A stretch of 64,000 nt of DNA from Eledone cirrhosa (lineage: Eukaryota), in the NCBI GenBank assembly GCA_964016885.1, contig OZ024762.1, positions 30,194,001 to 30,258,000 of the forward strand. The letters run 5' to 3'. A model generated the notes under the pieces. That model ran no database searches. It saw only the letters and a program-made list of their open reading frames with translations, and was not told where the DNA came from. This document shows positions 51,280 to 62,820 of the stretch, one piece after another (position 1 is the first letter of the stretch; every line of letters starts with the position of its first letter). The position numbers and the translations under genes were made by a program.

Positions 51280-54200
51280 CTCCAATGTTGGTGAGAATTC
51301 ATTTAAGTTCATGGTATTAGCTGTCAGAAGGAACTCCACTGTTGGTGAGAATTCATTTAAGTTCATGGTATTAGCTGTCAGAAGTAACTCCACTGTTGGT
51401 GAGAATTCATTTAAGTCATGGTATTAGCTGTCAGAAGTAACTCCAATGTTGGTGAGAATTCATTTAAGTTCATGGTATTAGCTGTCAGAAGTAACTCCAC
51501 TGTTGGTGAGAATTCATTTAAGTTCATGGTATTAGTTGTCAGAAGTAACTCAAATGTTGGTGAGAATTCATTTAAATCATGGTATTAGTTGTCAGAAGTA
51601 ACTCCAACGTTGGTGAGAATTCATTTAAGTTCATGGTACTAGCTGTCAGAAGTAACTCCACTGTTGGTGAGAATTCATTTAAGTTCATGTTATTAGCTGT
51701 CAGAAGTAACTCCACTGTTGGTGAGAATTCATTTAAGTCATGGTATTAGCTATCAGAAGTAACTCCATTGTTGGTGAGAATTCATTTAAGTCATGGTACT
51801 AGCTGTCAGAAGTAACTCCACTGTTGGTGAGAATTCATTTAAGTTCATGGTACTAGCTGTCAGAAGTAACTCCACTGTTGGTGAGAATTCATTTAAGTTC
51901 ATGGTACTAGCTGTCAGAAGTAACTCCACTGTTGGTGAGAATTAATTTAAGTTCATGGTACTAGCTGTCAGAAGTAACTCCACTGTTGGTGAGAATTAAT
52001 TTAAGTTCATGGTACTAGCTGTCAGAAGTAACTCCAATGTTGGTGAGAATTCATTTAAGTTCATGGTATTAGCTGTCAGAAGTAACTCCACTGTTGGTGA
52101 GAATTCATTTAAGTTCATGGTACTAGCTGTCAGATGTAACTCCACTGTTGGTGATAATTCATTTACGTTCATGGTATTAGCCGTCAGAAGTAACTCCACT
52201 GTTGGTGAGAATTCATTTAAGTTCATGGTACTAGCTGTCAGAAGTAACCCCAATGTTGGTGACAATTCATTTAAGTTCATGGTATTAGCTGTCAGAAGTC
52301 ACTCCAATGTTGGTGAGAATTCATTTAAGTTCATGGTACAAGCTGTCAGAAGTAACCCCAATGTTGGTGAGAATTCATTTAAGTTCATGGTATTAGCTGT
52401 CAGAAGTCACTCCAATGTTGGTGAGAATTCATTTAAGTTCATGGTATTAGCTGTCAGAAGTAACTCCACTGTTGGTGAGAATTCATTTAAGTTCATGGTA
52501 TTAGCTGTCAGAAGTAACTCCACTGTTGGTGAGAATTCATTTAAGTTCATGGTATTAGCTGTCAGAAGTAACTCCACTGTTGGTGAGAATTCATTTAAGT
52601 TCATGGTATTAGCTGTCAGAAGTAACTCCACTGTTGGTGAGAATTCATTTAAGTTCATGGTATTAGCTGTCAGAAGTAACTCCACTGTTGGTGAGAATTC
52701 ATTTAAGTTCATGGTATTAGCTGTCAGAAGGAACTCCAATGTTGGTGAGAATTCATTTAAGTTCATGGTATTAGCTGTCAGAAGGAACGCCACTGTTGGT
52801 GAGAATTCATTTAAGTCTTGGTATTAGCTGTCAGAAGGAACTCCACTGTTGGTGAGAATTCATTTAAGTTCATGGTATTAGCTGTCAGAAGTAACTCCAC
52901 TGTTGGTGAGAATTCATTTAAGTCATGGTATTAGCTGTCAGAAGTAACTCCAATGTTGGTGAGAATTCATTTAAGTTCATGGTATTAGCTGTCAGAAGGA
53001 ACTCCACTGTTGGTGAGAATTCATTTAAGTTCATGGTATTAGCTGTCAGAAGTAACTCCACTGTTGGTGAGAATTCATTTAAGTCATGGTATTAGCTGTC
53101 AGAAGTAACTCCAATGTTGGTGAGAATTCATTTAAGTTCATGGTATTAGCTGTCAGAAGTAACTCCACTGTTGGTGAGAATTCATTTAAGTTCATGGTAT
53201 TAGTTGTCAGAAGTAACTCAAATGTTGGTGAGAATTCATTTAAATCATGGTATTAGTTGTCAGAAGTAACTCCAACGTTGGTGAGAATTCATTTAAGTTC
53301 ATGGTACTAGCTGTCAGAAGTAACTCCACTGTTGGTGAGAATTCATTTAAGTTCATGTTATTAGCTGTCAGAAGTAACTCCACTGTTGGTGAGAATTCAT
53401 TTAAGTCATGGTATTAGCTATCAGAAGTAACTCCATTGTTGGTGAGAATTCATTTAAGTCATGGTACTAGCTGTCAGAAGTAACTCCACTGTTGGTGAGA
53501 ATTCATTTAAGTTCATGGTACTAGCTGTCAGAAGTAACTCCACTGTTGGTGAGAATTCATTTAAGTTCATGGTACTAGCTGTCAGAAGTAACTCCACTGT
53601 TGGTGAGAATTAATTTAAGTTCATGGTACTAGCTGTCAGAAGTAACTCCACTGTTGGTGAGAATTAATTTAAGTTCATGGTACTAGCTGTCAGAAGTAAC
53701 TCCAATGTTGGTGAGAATTCATTTAAGTTCATGGTATTAGCTGTCAGAAGTAACTCCACTGTTGGTGAGAATTCATTTAAGTTCATGGTACTAGCTGTCA
53801 GATGTAACTCCACTGTTGGTGATAATTCATTTACGTTCATGGTATTAGCCGTCAGAAGTAACTCCACTGTTGGTGAGAATTCATTTAAGTTCATGGTACT
53901 AGCTGTCAGAAGTAACCCCAATGTTGGTGACAATTCATTTAAGTTCATGGTATTAGCTGTCAGAAGTCACTCCAATGTTGGTGAGAATTCATTTAAGTTC
54001 ATGGTACAAGCTGTCAGAAGTAACCCCAATGTTGGTGAGAATTCATTTAAGTTCATGGTATTAGCTGTCAGAAGTCACTCCAATGTTGGTGAGAATTCAT
54101 TTAAGTTCATGGTATTAGCTGTCAGAAGTAACTCCACTGTTGGTGAGAATTCATTTAAGTTCATGGTATTAGCTGTCAGAAGTAACTCCACTGTTGGTGA

Positions 54201-54505
54201 GAATTCATTTAAGTTCATGGTATTAGCTGTCAGAAGTAACTCCACTGTTGGTGAGAATTCATTTAAGTTCATGGTATTAGCTGTCAGAAGTAACTCCACT
54301 GTTGGTGAGAATTCATTTAAGTTCATGGTATTAGCTGTCAGAAGTAACTCCACTGTTGGTGAGAATTCATTTAAGTTCATGGTATTAGCTGTCAGAAGGA
54401 ACTCCAATGTTGGTGAGAATTCATTTAAGTTCATGGTATTAGCTGTCAGAAGGAACGCCACTGTTGGTGAGAATTCATTTAAGTCTTGGTATTAGCTGTC
54501 AGAAG
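51280..54505. repeat. 1668-bp (31-monomer) near-tandem duplication
   Basis: AGATGTAAC (~52132/53800), GCCGTC (~52180/53848), the pair of GAATTAATT monomers and AAGTCTTGG (~52813/54481) recur at offset 1668. Confidence 0.92.
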
Positions 54506-54839
54506 TAACTCCATTGTTGGTGAGAATTCATTTAAGTCATGGTACTAGCTGTCAGAAGTAACTCCACTGTTGGTGAGAATTCATTTAAGTTCATGGTATT
54601 AGCTGTCAGAAGGAACTCCACTGTTGGTGAGAATTCATTTAAGTCATGGTACTAGCTGTCAGAAGTAACTCCAATGTTGGTGAGAATTCATTTAAGTTCA
54701 TGGTATTAGCTGTCAGAAGGAACTCCACTGTTGGTGAGAATTCATTTAAGTTCATGGTATTAGCTGTCAGAAGTAACTCCACTGTTGGTGAGAATTCATT
54801 TAAGTCATGGTATTAGCTGTCAGAAGTAACTCCAATGTT

Positions 54840-57290
54840 GGTGAGAATTCATTTAAGTCATGGTACTAGCTGTCAGAAGTAACTCCACTGTTGGTGAGAA
54901 TTCATTTAAGTTCATGGTATTAGCTGTCAGAAGGAACTCCAATGTTGGTGAGAATTCATTTAAGTTCATGGTATTAGCTGTCAGAAGGAACGCCACTGTT
55001 GGTGAGAATTCATTTAAGTCATGGTATCAGCTGTCAGAAGTAACTCCATTGTTGGTGAGAATTCATTTCAGTCATGGTACTAGCTGTCAGAAGTAACTCC
55101 ACTGTTGGTGAGAATTCATTTAAGTTCATGGTATTAGCTGTCAGAAGGAACTCCACTGTTGGTGAGAATTCATTTAAGTCATGGTACTAGCTGTCAGAAG
55201 TAACTACAATGTTGGTGAGAATTCATTTAAGTTCATGGTATTAGCTGTCAGAAGGAACTCCACTGTTGGTGAGAATTCATTTAAGTTCGTTGTATTAGCT
55301 GTCAGAAGTAACTCCACTGTTGGTGAGAATTCATTTAAGTCATGGTATTAGCTGTCAGAAGTAACTCCAATGTTGGTGAGAATTCATTTAAGTCATGGTA
55401 CTAGCTGTCAGAAGTAACTCCAATGTTGGTGAGAATTCATTTAAGTTCATGGTATTAGCTGTCAGAAGGAACTCCACTGTTGGTGAGAATTCATTTCAGT
55501 TCATGGTACTAGCTGTCAGAAGTAACTCCACTGTTGGTGAGAATTCAGTTAAGTTCATGGTACTAGCTGTCAGAAGTAACTCCACTGTTGGTGAGAATTC
55601 AGTTAAGTTCATGGTATTAGCTGTCAGAAGGAACTCCACTGTTGGTGAGAATTCATTTAAGTTCATGGTATTAGCTGTCAGAAGTAACTCCACTGTTGGT
55701 GAGAATTCATTTAAGTTCATGGTACTAGCTGTCAGAAGTAACTCCACTGTTGGTGAGAATTCATTTAAGTTCATGGTACTAGCTGTCAGAAATAACTCCA
55801 CTGTTGGTGAGAATTCAGTTACGTTCATGGTATTAGTTGTCAGAAGTAACTCAAATGTTGGTGAGAATTCATTTAAATCATGGTATTAGTTGTCAGAAGT
55901 AACTCCAACGTTGGTGAGAATTCATTTAAGTTCATGGTACTAGCTGTCAGAAGTAACTCCACTGTTGGTGAAAATTCATTTAAGTTCATGGTATTAGCTG
56001 TCAGAAGTAACTCCACTGTTGGTGAGAATTCATTTAAGTCATGGTATTAGCTGTCAGAAGTAACTCCATTGTTGGTGAGAATTCATTTAAGTCATGGTAC
56101 TAGCTGTCAGAAGTAACTCCACTGTTGGTGAGAATTCATTTAAGTTCATGGTATTAGCTGTCAGAAGGAACTCCAATGTTGGTGAGAATTCATTTAAGTT
56201 CATGGTATTAGCTGTCAGAAGGAACGCCACTGTTGGTGAGAATTCATTTAAGTCATGGTATCAGCTGTCAGAAGTAACTCCATTGTTGGTGAGAATTCAT
56301 TTAAGTCATGGTACTAGCTGTCAGAAGTAACTCCACTGTTGGTGAGAATTCATTTAAGTTCATGGTATTAGCTGTCAGAAGGAACTCCACTGTTGGTGAG
56401 AATTCATTTAAGTCATGGTACTAGCTGTCAGAAGTAACTACAATGTTGGTGAGAATTCATTTAAGTTCATGGTATTAGCTGTCAGAAGGAACTCCACTGT
56501 TGGTGAGAATTCATTTAAGTTCGTTGTATTAGCTGTCAGAAGTAACTCCACTGTTGGTGAGAATTCATTTAAGTCATGGTATTAGCTGTCAGAAGTAACT
56601 CCAATGTTGGTGAGAATTCATTTAAGTCATGGTACTAGCTGTCAGAAGTAACTCCAATGTTGGTGAGAATTCATTTAAGTTCATGGTATTAGCTGTCAGA
56701 AGGAACTCCACTGTTGGTGAGAATTCATTTCAGTTCATGGTACTAGCTGTCAGAAGTAACTCCACTGTTGGTGAGAATTCAGTTAAGTTCATGGTACTAG
56801 CTGTCAGAAGTAACTCCACTGTTGGTGAGAATTCAGTTAAGTTCATGGTATTAGCTGTCAGAAGGAACTCCACTGTTGGTGAGAATTCATTTAAGTTCAT
56901 GGTATTAGCTGTCAGAAGTAACTCCACTGTTGGTGAGAATTCATTTAAGTTCATGGTACTAGCTGTCAGAAGTAACTCCACTGTTGGTGAGAATTCATTT
57001 AAGTTCATGGTACTAGCTGTCAGAAATAACTCCACTGTTGGTGAGAATTCAGTTACGTTCATGGTATTAGTTGTCAGAAGTAACTCAAATGTTGGTGAGA
57101 ATTCATTTAAATCATGGTATTAGTTGTCAGAAGTAACTCCAACGTTGGTGAGAATTCATTTAAGTTCATGGTATTAGCTGTCAGAAGTAACTCCACTGTT
57201 GGTGAGAATTCATTTAAGTCATGGTATTAGCTGTCAGAAGTAACTCCATTGTTGGTGAGAATTCATTTAAGTCATGGTACTAGCTGTCAG
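54840..57290. repeat. 1234-bp (23-monomer) tandem duplication
   Basis: Starts 54860/56094 and 55395/56629 differ by 1234. GTATCAG, AACTACAAT (~55202/56436), TTCGTTGTA (~55286/56520) and TTTCAG (~55494/56728) are shared. The second copy lacks the GAAAAT monomer. Confidence 0.9.
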
Positions 57291-57379
57291 AAGTAACTCC
57301 ACTGTTGGTGAGAATTCATTTAAGTTCATGGTATTAGCTGTCAGAAGGAACTCCACTGTTGGTGAGAATTCATTTAAAT

Positions 57380-60300
57380 TCATGGTATTAGCTGTCAGAA
57401 GTAACTCCACTGTTGGTGAGAATTCATTTAAGTTCATGGTACTAGCTGTCAGAAGTAACTCCACTGTTGGTGAGAATTCATTTAAGTTCATGGTACTAGC
57501 TGTCAGAAGGAACTCCACTGTTGGTGAGAATTCATTTAAGTTCATGGTATTAGCTGTCAGAAGTAACTCCAATGTTGGTGAGAATTCATTTAAGTCATGG
57601 TACTAGCTGTCAGAAGTAACTCCACTGTTGGTGAGAATTCATTTAAGTTCATGGTATTAGCTGTCAGAAGGAACTCCACTGTTGGTGAGAATTCATTTAA
57701 GTTCATGGTATTAGCTGTCAGAAGTGTCTCCACTGTTGGTGAGAATTCATTTAAGTTCATGGTACTAGCTGTCAGAAGTAACTCCAATGTTGGTGAGAAT
57801 TCATGTAAGTTCATGGTATTAGCTGTCAGAAGTAACTCCACTGTTGGTGAGAATTCACTTAAGTTCATGGTATTAGCTGTCAGAAGTAACTCCACTGTTG
57901 GTGAGAATTCATTTAAGTTCATGGTACTAGCTGTCAGAAGTAACTCCACTGTTGGTGAGAATTCATTTAAGTTCATGTTATTAGCTGTCAGAAGTAACTC
58001 CACTGTTGGTGAGAATTCATTTAAGTCATGGTATTAGCTATCAGAAGTAACTCCATTGTTGGTGAGAATTCATTTAAGTCATGGTACTAGCTGTCAGAAG
58101 TAACTCCACTGTTGGTGAGAATTCATTTAAGTTCATGGTACTAGCTGTCAGAAGTAACTCCACTGTTGGTGAGAATTCAGTTAAGTTCATGGTATTAGCT
58201 GTCAGAAGGAACTCCACTGTTGGTGAGAATTCATTTAAGTTCATGGTATTAGCTGTCAGAAGTAACTCCACTGTTGGTGAGAATTCATTTAAGTTCATGG
58301 TACTAGCTGTCAGAAGTAACTCCACTGTTGGTGAGAATTCATTTAAGTTCATGGTACTAGCTGTCAGAAGTAACTCCACTGTTGGTGAGAATTCAGTTAA
58401 GTTCATGGTATTAGTTGTCAGAAGTAACTCAAATGTTGGTGAGAATTCATTTAAATCATGGTATTAGTTGTCAGAAGTAACTCCAACGTTGGTGAGAATT
58501 CATTTAAGTTCATGGTACTAGCTGTCAGAAGTAACTCCACTGTTGGTGAAAATTCATTTAAGTTCATGGTATTAGCTGTCAGAAGTAACTCCACTGTTGG
58601 TGAGAATTCATTTAAGTCATGGTATTATCTGTCAGAAGTAACTCCATTGTTGGTGAGAATTCATTTAAGTCATGGTACTAGCTGTCAGAAGTAACTCCAC
58701 TGTTGGTGAGAATTCATTTAAGTTCTTGGTATTAGCTGTCAGAAGGAACTCCACTGTTGGTGAGAATTCATTTAAGTTCATGGTATTAGCTGTCAGAAGT
58801 AACTCCACTGTTGGTGAGAATTCATTTAAGTTCATGGTACTAGCTGTCAGAAGTAGCTCCACTGTTGGTGAGAATTCATTTAAGTTCATGGTACTAGCTG
58901 TCAGAAGGAACTCCACTGTTGGTGAGAATTCATTTAAGTTCATGGTATTAGCTGTCAGAAGTAACTCCAATGTTGGTGAGAATTCATTTAAGTCATGGTA
59001 CTAGCTGTCAGAAGTAACTCCACTGTTGGTGAGAATTCATTTAAGTTCATGGTATTAGCTGTCAGAAGGAACTCTACTGTTGGTGAGAATTCATTTAAGT
59101 TCATGGTATTAGCTGTCAGAAGTGTCTCCACTGTTGGTGAGAATTCATTTAAGTTCATGGTACTAGCTGTCAGAAGTAACTCCAATGTTGGTGAGAATTC
59201 ATGTAAGTTCATGGTATTAGCTGTCAGAAGTAACTCCACTGTTGGTGAGAATTCATTTAAGTTCATGGTATTAGCTGTCAGAAGTAACTCCACTGTTGGT
59301 GAGAATTCATTTAAGTTCATGGTACTAGCTGTCACAAGTAACTCCACTGTTGGTGAGAATTCATTTAAGTTCATGGTATTAGCTGTCAGAAGTAACTCCA
59401 CTGTTGGTGAGAATTCATTTAAGTCATGGTATTAGCTATCAGAAGTAACTCCATTGTTGGTGAGAATTCATTTAAGTCATGGTACTAGCTGTCAGAAGTA
59501 ACTCCACTGTTGGTGAGAATTCATGTAAGTTCATGGTACTAGCTGTCAGAAGTAACTCCACTGTTGGTGAGAATTCATTTAAGTTCATGGTACTAGCTGT
59601 CAGAAGTAACTCCACTGTTGGTGAGAATTCATTTACGTTCATGGTACTAGCTGTCAGAAGTAACTCCACTGTTGGTGAGAATTCATTTAAGTTCATGGTA
59701 TTAGCTGTCAGAAGGAACTCCAATGTTGGTGAGAATTCATTTAAGTTCATGGTATTAGCTGTCAGAAGGAACGCCACTGTTGGTGAGAATTCATTTAAGT
59801 CATGGTATCAGCTGTCAGAAGTAACTCCATTGTTGGTGAGAATTCATTTAAGTTCATGGTATTAGCTGTCAGAAGGAACTCCACTGTTGGTGAGAATTCA
59901 TTTAAGTCATGGTACTAGCTGTCAGAAGTAACTCCAATGTTGGTGAGAATTCATTTAAGTTCATGGTATTAGCTGTCAGAAGGAACTCCACTGTTGGTGA
60001 GAATTCATTTAAGTTCATGGTATTAGCTGTCAGAAGTAACTCCACTGTTGGTGAGAATTCATTTAAGTCATGGTATTAGCTGTCAGAAGTAACTCCAATG
60101 TTGGTGAGAATTCATTTAAGTCATGGTACTAGCTGTCAGAAGTAACTCCAATGTTGGTGAGAATTCATTTAAGTTCATGGTATTAGCTGTCAGAAGGAAC
60201 TCCACTGTTGGTGAGAATTCATTTAAGTTCATGGTATTAGCTGTCAGAAGTAACTCCACTGTTGGTGAGAATTCATTTAAGTTCATGGTACTAGCTGTCA

Positions 60301-62820
60301 GAAGTAACTCCACTGTTGGTGAGAATTCAGTTAAGTTCATGGTACTAGCTGTCAGAAGTAACTCCACTGTTGGTGAGAATTCAGTTAAGTTCATGGTATT
60401 AGCTGTCAGAAGGAACTCCACTGTTGGTGAGAATTCATTTAAGTTCATGGTATTAGCTGTCAGAAGTAACTCCACTGTTGGTGAGAATTCATTTAAGTTC
60501 ATGGTACTAGCTGTCAGAAGTAACTCCACTGTTGGTGAGAATTCATTTAAGTTCATGGTACTAGCTGTCAGAAGTAACTCCACTGTTGGTGAGAATTCAT
60601 TTAAGTTCATGGTACTAGCTGTCAGAAGGAACTCCACTGTTGGTGAGAATTCATTTAAGTTCATGGTATTAGCTGTCAGAAGTAACTCCAATGTTGGTGA
60701 GAATTCATTTAAGTCATGGTACTAGCTGTCAGAAGTAACTCCACTGTTGGTGAGAATTCATTTAAGTTCATGGTATTAGCTGTCAGAAGGAACTCCACTG
60801 TTGGTGAGAATTCATTTAAGTTCATGGTATTAGCTGTCAGAAGTGTCTCCACTGTTGGTGAGAATTCATTTAAGTTCATGGTACTAGCTGTCAGAAGTAA
60901 CTCCAATGTTGGTGAGAATTCATGTAAGTTCATGGTATTAGCTGTCAGAAGTAACTCCACTGTTGGTGAGAATTCACTTAAGTTCATGGTATTAGCTGTC
61001 AGAAGTAACTCCACTGTTGGTGAGAATTCATTTAAGTTCATGGTACTAGCTGTCAGAAGTAACTCCACTGTTGGTGAGAATTCATTTAAGTTCATGTTAT
61101 TAGCTGTCAGAAGTAACTCCACTGTTGGTGAGAATTCATTTAAGTCATGGTATTAGCTATCAGAAGTAACTCCATTGTTGGTGAGAATTCATTTAAGTCA
61201 TGGTACTAGCTGTCAGAAGTAACTCCACTGTTGGTGAGAATTCATTTAAGTTCATGGTACTAGCTGTCAGAAGTAACTCCACTGTTGGTGAGAATTCAGT
61301 TAAGTTCATGGTATTAGCTGTCAGAAGGAACTCCACTGTTGGTGAGAATTCATTTAAGTTCATGGTATTAGCTGTCAGAAGTAACTCCACTGTTGGTGAG
61401 AATTCATTTAAGTTCATGGTACTAGCTGTCAGAAGTAACTCCACTGTTGGTGAGAATTCATTTAAGTTCATGGTACTAGCTGTCAGAAGTAACTCCACTG
61501 TTGGTGAGAATTCAGTTAAGTTCATGGTATTAGTTGTCAGAAGTAACTCAAATGTTGGTGAGAATTCATTTAAATCATGGTATTAGTTGTCAGAAGTAAC
61601 TCCAACGTTGGTGAGAATTCATTTAAGTTCATGGTACTAGCTGTCAGAAGTAACTCCACTGTTGGTGAAAATTCATTTAAGTTCATGGTATTAGCTGTCA
61701 GAAGTAACTCCACTGTTGGTGAGAATTCATTTAAGTCATGGTATTAGCTGTCAGAAGTAACTCCATTGTTGGTGAGAATTCATTTAAGTCATGGTACTAG
61801 CTGTCAGAAGTAACTCCACTGTTGGTGAGAATTCATTGAAGTTCTTGGTATTAGCTGTCAGAAGGAACTCCACTGTTGGTGAGAATTCATTTAAGTTCAT
61901 GGTATTAGCTGTCAGAAGTAACTCCACTGTTGGTGAGAATTCTTTTAAGTTCATGGTACTAGCTGTCAGAAGTAACTCCACTGTTGGTGAGAATTCATTT
62001 AAGTTCATGGTACTAGCTGTCAGAAGGAACTCCACTGTTGGTGAGAATTCATTTAAGTTCATGGTATTAGCTGTCAGAAGTAACTCCAATGTTGGTGAGA
62101 ATTCATTTAAGTCATGGTACTAGCTGTCAGAAGTAACTCCACTGTTGGTGAGAATTCATTTAAGTTCATGGTATTAGCTGTCAGAAGGAACTCCACTGTT
62201 GGTGAGAATTCATTTAAGTTCATGGTATTAGCTGTCAGAAGTGTCTCCACTGTTGGTGAGAATTCATTTAAGTTCATGGTACTAGCTGTCAGAAGTAACT
62301 CCAATGTTGGTGAGAATTCATGTAAGTTCATGGTATTAGCTGTCAGAAGTAAGTCCACTGTTGGTGAGAATTCATTTAAGTTCATGGTATTAGCTGTCAG
62401 AAGTAACTCCACTGTTGGTGAGAATTCATTTAAGTTCATGGTACTAGCTGTCACAAGTAACTCCACTGTTGGTGAGAATTCATTTAAGTTCATGGTATTA
62501 GCTGTCAGAAGTAACTCCACTGTTGGTGAGAATTCATTTAAGTCATGGTATTAGCTATCAGAAGTAACTCCATTGTTGGTGAGAATTCATTTAAGTCATG
62601 GTACTAGCTGTCAGAAGTAACTCCACTGTTGGTGAGAATTCATTTAAGTTCATGGTACTAGCTGTCAGAAGTAACTCCACTGTTGGTGAGAATTCATTTA
62701 AGTTCATGGTACTAGCTGTCAGAAGTAACTCCACTGTTGGTGAGAATTCATTTACGTTCATGGTACTAGCTGTCAGAAGTAACTCCACTGTTGGTGAGAA
62801 TTCATTTAAGTTCATGGTAC
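57380..62820. repeat. Duplication at offset 3119 (58 monomers): ~57380-59700 vs ~60500-62820
   Basis: Starts 57597/60716, 58081/61200, 58672/61791, 58995/62114 and 59479/62598 differ by 3119. TTCTTGG, GTCACAAG and TTTACG are shared, and several single-base differences separate the copies. Confidence 0.87.
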
